DNA of 64,000 nucleotides from Lingula anatina (Eukaryota; Animalia; Brachiopoda), in the NCBI GenBank assembly GCA_051362555.1, contig CM120641.1, positions 18,600,001 to 18,664,000 on the forward strand. Direction: 5' to 3'. The notes beneath the pieces were generated by a model that was not told the origin of the DNA, did not search any database, and saw nothing but the letters and a program-made list of their open reading frames with translations. The translations under genes were made by a program, and so were the position numbers. Shown here one piece after another: positions 56,001-64,000 of the stretch; the first letter of the stretch is position 1, and each line of letters opens with the position of its first letter.

Positions 56001-59000
56001 AGTATGTTAACTTAAACAGTGACAGGCAATTCAGAAAAAGATGAGAAAATCTGTTATTTAGATTATAATTTCATTCGCCAAAAAGAACAGATTCATGCTG
56101 TTGTTACTGTATTGTATGAGCTCAACTGAGGTTCAGAAATTCATGATAATGAAAAGTATTGCAGACCAAATTTCTACAAATTTACATTTACAATAAAGAG
56201 AAGAAAATTTACTCTGATCTCTTAATCATGCAAATCAAATTTGAATTTTAGAAGACAGCACTTGCATAGCCACATTAACAAAGTTAACGGAGGTGAGTGA
56301 AATAATTCCAAAATGCACCCCTGTATATTGTTATATTATCTTTATGTTATTGTTATGCTTACCTTCATATGGTAGTTTCCCCAAAGTTGCCATTTCAACC
56401 ATAACAACAGCAAAGGACCAGACATCAGACATTGGAGATATTCCCTTCTTACCATACTTGATAACCTCGGGTGCAGCCCACCGGATTGGAGGAGTGAAGT
56501 CTTTTAAGTGAAATGTATCAAAGTTACCTGTACTTCTCTGCAGATAGGCTCATATTACTGCAGACATAAGCTAAATTATGACAGTAGTTTACATGGGTGT
56601 GTGGTGTGTGGGTAGAAGTATGCACAGGTACATATGTGCATTTTAATTACTGTATTTTTATTAAAATTATTGTATTTTAACTATCTCATTAAAACAAGTG
56701 GGCAAAGTACCTTTGGCAGCTTTTTTCCATGGACACAATTCCACTTTGACTTTAAAGTTATCTGGATCAGATGTTAGGATAAATACATTGGTAGACTTCA
56801 AATAACCATGAGCAAAATGTATTTCTTCAAGGTATGCCATTCCTGCAGCAATCTATAAAAAGAAAGTAAAAAATCTGATATTAGACCTTTACCATCTGTC
56901 CTAGTAAAATTCTAATATCACGAAACAATTGTTGCATGAAATATTATGATTAAGTCAAGGATATGATCAAAATGTTATCATTTAGGAGAAATTGATGAGT
57001 CTGTCAGTTCAGTCAGTGAAATTTGTAATATTCAGTCCCCAAACCTGAGAGGCTATTTGTAACAGAAGTCTCAGTCCTAAGGTTTCCCCCATATCTTCAG
57101 CCATAAAGTCAAGCAAAGACCCTTGAGGGAAATGTTCTGTGGCCACAAAGTACGGCTCTCCCTCCAGGCAGGTCAACATGGTGGCCAGGTGTGGGTGTTG
57201 AAAGGAGGCGAGTTCAGTAGCTTGACTATGCAGTTGTTGTTCATCCACAGAGTTAATGTTGAGGACATTGATGGTAGCAGGCATGCCATAAACAGTCCCT
57301 GTAAAATTGAGCTCAGTCAGTAACAGTTTGTGTGAATTTGAAAGTGAAAGTTCAAGAATGATTCTGTTCAAATTAATCAATTGTGGTTTCAAAGTACCTA
57401 CCTACCCACACCTCTCTGCAGTCTGTTTTATGAAGGAGTTCAGTATAGTCCACAGCATGTCTGTCCAGTAGTAACTTTGGTCTCAAGTTTGTATTTTCAT
57501 AAACATCCAAATCTAATGCCTGTGACATCTAAAGAAAAATGAAATTATGTATGAAAACTTGAAGCCCCTGTTGGGTTTCTGCTCTTGTTCCACTTTGCTG
57601 TATTGACACTGTGTACTAGTTACATCTGTCACAAAGTTGAGCGAGAAACTATAAGATATTTTCAAGTTTAACAAGTACATGTAACATTGTATTAATCAGT
57701 GTACATTATGTCATCAGTTCTCTGAATGTTTTAGTTTCATTGTGCAATTTTGTGCTACTTTTACATTTATTGTGGTCTTTATTTATTTATTTTTTTTTTA
57801 TTGAGCATATACAAACAAAATACAACTGTGGTCTTTATAACTAACCCGTTTCAGTGAAGCCTCTTGCATTTCCTTTACTGTTTCCAAGTTGAACATGTGA
57901 ATGTAGTCCTCATCCTGGTCTTCTTCATCCTCCTCCTTAGCATTTATTGACCCTTTGTTGCCATCTTCAACATTAGCATAGTTTCCATGTTGTGCCTTTT
58001 CCAGTGGCTCAGTGTTTTCATAGTCAGGAACTTTAGAATCTTCTGTTGTACAAGTAACACCAGTCAACATTCCTGTGAGGTATTTATGGTCAAATTGTGT
58101 TGAATCTCCAGTGTCTGAGTTCATCATTGCTACAACTGATGCGTAGAAGTTGGACTCAAGGTTTTCTGCCAAGTGCTTCATCTCGGAAGATTTATTTACA
58201 ATGGCTTGGTATTCTTCTGCAAAATCTGTAGTAACATGTTGGAGATGTTTTCGAAGATTGAGGATTTCTTCTGGTGAACCTTTGACCACAGTGGCATTTG
58301 CATCCTTTATGGCAGCTTCAGTCTTCTGAATTTGATCAACGATTTGTTTCACAGTGGCTGTAAGTGTCTCTTTTCCAGTGCTCGTTTCTTTGTCAGCCAT
58401 CATCAATAAATTTTGTGCAATCTTGTCAATAGTGTCACATAGTTTCTGTTTCCTGGTCATCATGTCACATTTGATCTGTGATGTCTTTTCAGAAAGGAGG
58501 TTTTCTTCTCCAGAAATGTCTTTTTGTAAGTCTTGAAGTTGTATAAGGTCATCTTGCATTTTTTGCAGTTGACTTTTGATGGTCTTAGAAGCGGCTTTGG
58601 TGGCAGAGAGAAGGCTGACTGTTTGGTGACCTTGGTGTTCTTCATCTTGACATTGTATGCACAGCAGTAGTTCGTCGTCTTTGCAAACATTTATAATTGT
58701 TTTTTTGTGTTTTTGACACAATGGCTTGTAAATTTCGTCCTTTGCTGCTGCTTTATCAAAAGTGGGCTTCGGGGGCACTTTTGGTGGCACATTTATTTTT
58801 TTTAGAGTATGCTTCTGCATTATTTTGTGTTGGTGAATTGTTTGAGAGCAGTTGTTACAAAGCTCACTGTGGCACTGTTCACAGGTGATCTCTGCAGCAT
58901 TAATTTCACAGTTGTTGCACTTTGTACTTGCAGCCATCTCAGCCTTGCTTGTAATGTATTCTGGAAAAGATATAAGTTGTCATAAGTTCATAATATTACT

Positions 59001-60639
59001 GCTAAATATATGTTTAAATGTACCATTGATTTTTATGGTATTATAAATTAAATATGATATATAAAATGGAATATATTTCTATTAGTTGTTTACAATGTAT
59101 TTATTGTGAAATATTAATCTCATACAAACAGCTGTTATCCCTTTAATTTGTTTAACAGACTGAAAGAACATATGCTTTTCAGAATTTTCTTCTCCTATTT
59201 CTGTACGTCATACTAGAATTTTACCATGCCACACAGTGAACTCCCCCATCTCAACTTATATTTCATGAAACTCCTACATAATTAAGTTGACTGCAGACAG
59301 AATTTGAGTTTCCAGTTACCCTATTTCAGTTGATAATAAATTTAAAATACTACCATTTTTATAAGTAATGCGCAAGGGTTGTCAAATGAGAATTGAGTAT
59401 TGAAGCTGTTTGAAACCTAGAGTGACATGTAATGTTTGAAACTTATAGTAACCTTACAGCTTTGTATGTATATAACATTGTAAAATTAACAGGCCAATAT
59501 ATCTGAACAAGACCTCAGATTTGGCTCTACGTGTAACTCTGCAGAAAAGAAAGGATTTTATGCCTATTTAGACATTTCTCTAGCCAAATATGGGAAGTGA
59601 AAGTAATATTTACTTAAAGTTACATTCCATGGGGTTTTCCCGCCAAAATTAATATCAAGAGATTCTCTGCACTCCTAGTAAGTGATTTAGGGACCATTCA
59701 CACAGATATTTGTATTGATCTATCTCCCTGGGGAGTCTCACTTAATTGCTATCAACGTAACCGGCTTAAATATCTGTCATGCCTAGTAAAGCTCTTTGAG
59801 GGTAATTGTCTTTTACCCCATAGCTGATTCCGTAGGCATGACAGACATTTAAGCCGGTTAGATGATAGCTATTTAGTGGGAACCCAGTCTTAGTTATCCC
59901 TCCTAGACCAAAGTTTTTCACGAGGTAAAAATGCTGTTTCCAGCATTACTTACATAACACGTACATGTTGTTTATCCAATGTATTTTTCTTTCACTGCAC
60001 TTTCATTGCCATGGTGCTGTTTCATGCAACCAGAGGTAAGCAGGTGCCTTTTTTGCTGTTATCAGTATTAACCTAATTTTTCAGCATTCAGCCTCATACT
60101 TGGCAAGTGGAAATGATAAGCAATGAGCAGGACGCAGAGGTATCAAGTATTTATCACATAAGCTGTAAACCTCCTGTGGATGAAATGTATTCAGAGCCCG
60201 GTAAGTGCTTGTGTTTATATTTCAGTATCCCTACGAGGTGAAGGTTGTTAAACAACAATAAAAGTAGGTTATTGGTTCACATAAAGTGATTGGGTGTTCC
60301 TTATGGAATGAGGAAGTTCTTTTTTTTTTTTTTTTTCAAGAAAGGGTTTTGTTTCTATTGGAATTGTAAACATTTTCACTTTAAAGAAATACCAAGGGTA
60401 AATATTTTATTAAATAGAATTTTTAGTGATATATTTGATTACAATTAAAACAAAATTGGAGTGGGAATGTTTGAGCAACAGCAACATTTTGCACTATTTT
60501 CACGGTCAGTTTTTTGTGTTTAATTGCTACAAACCATGACCGTAGGAACTTCTATATTTCAGACACAGAGACCTCTTCAGACCAACATTTATTATACTAC
60601 TTCACACGGATGGATTCAAGTGTTCATATTTGGGAATGA
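48852..60639 (+). CDS. ZWILCH: Protein zwilch homolog (RZZ kinetochore complex), ~617 aa
   Basis: 16 phase-consistent exons: 48852-48892, 49178-49253, 49537-49647, 50047-50228, 50538-50716, 51286-51356, 51591-51752, 52185-52256, 52799-52895, 53198-53368, 53565-53644, 53938-54094, 54572-54737, 55131-55226, 60085-60200, 60563-60639 (1854 nt including TGA). Motifs recognisable against human Zwilch as I recall it: ARYLVSQY..LLPLWVYCD, DLDFTEKLW, SYDELVKCF..GELQP, LVEIGVEKLRRDY, LEKLHNVLEL, HVFHIPV, PHTWQVEM. The start codon is the least certain part. Confidence 0.9.
52963..53042. repeat. (TTTA)n / poly-T low-complexity tract
   Basis: Directly visible. Confidence 0.9.
55716..58937 (-). CDS. B-box/B-box/coiled-coil protein fused to a Src-family-derived pseudokinase domain, ~676 aa, nested antisense in a ZWILCH intron
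   Basis: Exons 57846-58937, 57402-57528, 57045-57298, 56711-56852, 56363-56527 (acceptor less certain) and 55716-55966 join in frame (2031 nt). Two Cys/His B-box patterns, then a heptad-rich coiled coil. Kinase landmarks: EVWVG, QHPHL, GSLLDF, QIAAGMAYLE, PIRWAAPE, SDVWSF, G.LPYEGM, CWSLEPRQRPKFEFL. Upstream acceptor at 58960 implies a non-coding first exon. Confidence 0.85.
59690..59890. mobile_element. MITE family B copy (right end eroded), hairpin core
   Basis: Inverted arms TAACCGGCTTAAATATCTGTCATGCCTA / TAGGCATGACAGACATTTAAGCCGGTTA; shares GATCTATC..GGGGAGTCTCACT with 61925-62149. Confidence 0.65.
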
Positions 60640-61924
60640 TCAACAAGGAAACAGACTATTTATTAGGAAGTGCAAAATGTACATAATAATTATAATTATT
60701 GCTACTTTTAAAAGAAGAGGATAGTACGTTGAAGGGTTATAATTTAACTTTAATTTGTGTTAAATTTTATTTGAAAATTTAATTGAACGTAAATGTGTGA
60801 CAACATTTTGTAAAATTCACACAAATTTTTTTTTCAAATACAAACAAACATCTTGAAAAAATACTGTAGATATTTTATTGCCAAGTGGATGCTTTTTACT
60901 AAAAATTCTAAAATGCTCAAAGCAGTATATTGACCTAAAACAAAGATTATGCTTAGTGAATCCAGGTATATTATGTATGTGTCCTTTATACAGGCATCCC
61001 TTAGTCCTGTGACTGTATTGCTTTTTTTTTTTTTTTTTTTTTTTTTTTGTACAGCATCTTATACAGTGAAGTTCACATATGGTGCTAGCAAAGCCTGTGT
61101 ATTTGTATTTGGTAGTGTTTCAAATGTTGAATACTATAACAGTTGTCAGTATAATTTGAATAAGCTTATTGCAAATTATTTTGTTCTACATGTATGTACA
61201 TACCTTTTGCATATAGCTGGCTGGAGATACTTATTATAAAACTAGAATTCTCTTGAATCATTTAAAGTCACATTCTAAAATAGGAACCACCCTTCTTAAT
61301 ATTGCCATAAATTGGTACTATCATGTTGGATTTTCACTTATGATTTATTTCTGAATCTCAGGCCAGTGACCTTGATTGACAGCATTCACTTCTAGGGGAA
61401 TTCCAACCCATGGTTAGATCCTAGTCCACATCTTTTTGCAAGCCAGACAGAACCTCTATCTTATGTAGTCATTGTACTCTAAGCCTGATCACAGTTGACC
61501 AGTTACAAACAACAATGGTAAATCTCACATTCTTATTCTTTCATGACCAATCAACAGCTCTGTATTAGCAGCCATATCTTCTGAAATGTTGTTTAGTATA
61601 CCCTTAGTTTCAGTGCTATATGTTAAGTGTACATCATTTTAGGGGTATGAATGGTAAAAAAGTGTGCACAACATTCATTCAAACTTCATTCTTGACTGCA
61701 TGTAGGCAAAATTGCTTTTAAAAAATTAAAATTTAATGCTAACTGTAATAACAAATAATTAAGTCACTGACGTAACAATGCATTTACAAAAAAAAAAAAT
61801 TAGAAAAATCATTAAAGCGATTTTAACTTTAGTGACCAGAGAGTATTGAAATAAATTATGACTTCTCAGTGTGGCTCTTTTATTTTCTTCTTGTCACTTT
61901 TTAAGTTCTTCATTACATGTCTAA

Positions 61925-62149
61925 AACCCCATTTCCATAGATTTTAGATCGATCTATCCCTGTGGGGAGTCTCACTAGATTACTGTCAGCTTAGCCAGCT
62001 TAATCGTCTGTCCCGACTACTGAAAGCTGTAAGGGGGTAATTAACTATGGTGCGCGCTTGACTGACTGCAATTTAGCGTGAACCCCCAGGGAGTTAGGTC
62101 GATCTAAATCTTAATCTCTGGATCGATCTAAATCTCTGGGAATACACCC
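61925..62149. mobile_element. MITE family B copy
   Basis: Inverted termini containing TTTAGATCGATC / GATCGATCTAAA; related to 59690-59890; flanked by TAA and TTA. Confidence 0.65.
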
Positions 62150-62152
62150 TTA

Positions 62153-62361
62153 GGGACAGTTCATATGAAAAATCTATTTTCTAAAAAACTACTTCCTATT
62201 CGCGGTATCTTGTGATCACGGTCTGTGCCCTGAATAGCCCGCGGCGTAATTACTGGCAGCACGACCCAGTTACTTCCAAAGCTGTAATTAATTCTCAGCT
62301 GCGCTTGGAGTGATCACAAGATACCACGAATAGAAAATAGATTTTTCATATGAACGGTCCC
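62153..62361. mobile_element. Fold-back MITE family A, copy 3
   Basis: TIR GGGACAGTTCATATGAAAAATCTATTTTCT / AGAAAATAGATTTTTCATATGAACGGTCCC; core is the reverse complement of that in 21823-22058. Confidence 0.85.
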
Positions 62362-62364
62362 GTA

Positions 62365-62622
62365 GGCTTCATTCACATGCAATGTCTATTTTCTAAATTC
62401 TATTTTCTATTTGCGGTATGTCTTATGATCACGGTCTGTGCCCTGAATATCCCGCCGCGTAATTACTGGCAGCGCGTCCCAGTTACTATAAGTTACTATA
62501 ACTAACTGGCTCGCGCTGCCAGTAATTACGCGGCGGGATATTCAGGGCACAGACAGTGATCATAAGATACCGCGAATAGAAAATAGATTTTTAGAAAATA
62601 GACATTCCATGTGAACAAAGCC
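62365..62622. mobile_element. Fold-back MITE family A, copy 4
   Basis: Near-identical to 15511-15767, including the central GTTACTATAA duplication. Confidence 0.9.
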
Positions 62623-63329
62623 TTAAATGTATATATAAGTATTCAGTGTGAAACAGTTTAAATTAAACCTGAAATTTAAATAAGTTGTTCAGATAAATAC
62701 AATATACAATTGAAATGTTTATGCATAACAAAGTTTCAATAATTTATAACTCCACACTTCAGAAAAATATAATAGCATGTGTACTGTACATTATAGCTAC
62801 AGTTTACTCATACACTCAGTGCATGCCTCACAAACCTTTCTGACCTCTGCTCTCATATGTTTGAATGGCATAAAGCATTGAATATCATTTAAGTAAATTG
62901 CTAGAATTAATTTATATTTGAAAAGTAGAAACACATCGCCACTGATAAGAACATAAACAATCATGAAAATTAAAGACTTAGTTTGTATGTGTGTTGGGGT
63001 GGGACATACTGCCTAAACTTTTAACCCCTTTGAACACAGTATTTTGTTAATTTAATACCCAATATTATTACACCAGGGTACATATAGAGTCTTGAGCAGC
63101 CCAGCTCAAAAACTAATCTGACAATTCTGACAAATGACGCTGCCGATCTACCCTCTGCCAGGGTCTCTGATTGATTTTTCACCAGATATTCACAGATATG
63201 TGTCTGGTAAAAATGATGGGACTTTTTGGCAGTGTGTAAGAGAAAAGTGCACATATTAAAATATGCCACCCTGCTACGGTACTGCTGATCCATGCAACGG
63301 GTTGGACACAGAGCAGCAACAGAGGGGCC

Positions 63330-63546
63330 CATAAAAGAAAAATCACGTGACCCGTTTGACCAATCAATAGCCAAAGTACCACAGCATGCGGCAGCCTTTG
63401 AAGTTTGATCTTCATCTCTGCACATAATCCGCGATGTGCCAAATTGACATAGTGCGCGTTCTGTCAAACCATTTCGTTCTGGAGCGGCAAAATTATGTAG
63501 CAGTTACAGTAGTAAGTCTATGATCTGGACATCGGGAAAGGTAAGG
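63330..63546 (+). promoter_or_regulatory. Probable promoter and first exon of an unidentified downstream gene
   Basis: CpG-rich patch with TCACGTGAC E-box/CLEAR-like motif (63343-63351), CCAAT (63360-63364) and strong donor AAG|gtaagg at 63540. Confidence 0.45.
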
Positions 63547-64000
63547 AAAATATTTAACGATCAACCTCGAGAAAGCACATACCATTCGCGACAATGCGTC
63601 CACTTTTTACGCCAGCCCGTTTAGTAACTTTGAGATAATGGTTGATAAAACATTGTGGCAGAGGGGACTAATGAAATCATTTCATAGCAATCCAAGTTAG
63701 TCTGCGAAGTAGAAAGTTGGTGTGAATTGCAAAGTCATGTAGTCATCTATGGATTAGCTTAACTTTGAACTGGCGTTGAGTGAATTAATTTGCTTTTACT
63801 TGCTTACACGAGTAGAAATGGCGCTTCTAGGCCATTGTTCTGATGCAGTTTCTCAGAAAATGTCTGACTTGGACTGCTTTGCACTGCCTTGCTTTGAGAG
63901 CTAAATGATTCCATTTTCAAGCACAATGGGAAAGTATGATGTGATAATGTTAACAGGCTCCCGTCAATTAGCTCTCTTCTTATAGTGTAGCCTGATTGGC

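Noticed and set aside
55716-57528. Kinase exons as a decayed Src pseudogene
   Set aside because: No stops or frameshifts across five exons, GT-AG sites intact, and losses concentrated at catalytic residues; a pseudokinase fits better, though this is unproven without expression data.
63021-63467. 148-aa minus-strand ORF
   Set aside because: Non-ATG start and no recognisable domain; better explained as chance stop depletion in a CpG-rich promoter.
1-64000. CRISPR arrays, tRNA/rRNA genes or prokaryotic systems
   Set aside because: The sequence is spliceosomal-intron eukaryotic DNA; I saw no repeat-spacer arrays or tRNA/rRNA signatures.

Overview
AT-rich, intron-rich animal genomic DNA, most likely an invertebrate (the beta-heavy spectrin has an SH3 domain; the taxon is inferred). 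Two head-to-head multi-exon genes dominate the window. On the minus strand is a beta-heavy spectrin (karst/sma-1/SPTBN5 type): 36 phase-consistent coding exons from ATG 41128, running off the left edge. On the plus strand is the kinetochore RZZ subunit ZWILCH: 16 coding exons, 48852-60639, about 617 aa. Each hosts an antisense nested gene. An orphan class A GPCR with an uninterrupted CDS lies inside a 7.7-kb GC-AG spectrin intron. A 6-exon gene of about 676 aa lies inside a 4.9-kb ZWILCH intron. This second gene is the standout. It joins two B-boxes and a coiled coil (RING-less TRIM-like) through a linker rich in candidate SH2-docking tyrosines to a Src-family-derived kinase domain. That domain has lost the Gly-loop, VAIK Lys, alphaC Glu, HRD Asp and DFG, yet keeps an open frame, Src-type intron positions and a C-tail tyrosine. 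The window also holds a candidate 77-aa cassette exon between the spectrin CH domains, several PIF/Harbinger-type (TAA/TTA TSD) non-autonomous elements including a three-element stack, microsatellites, and a probable promoter/first exon of another gene near the right edge. All gene models were assembled by eye, with no database search.
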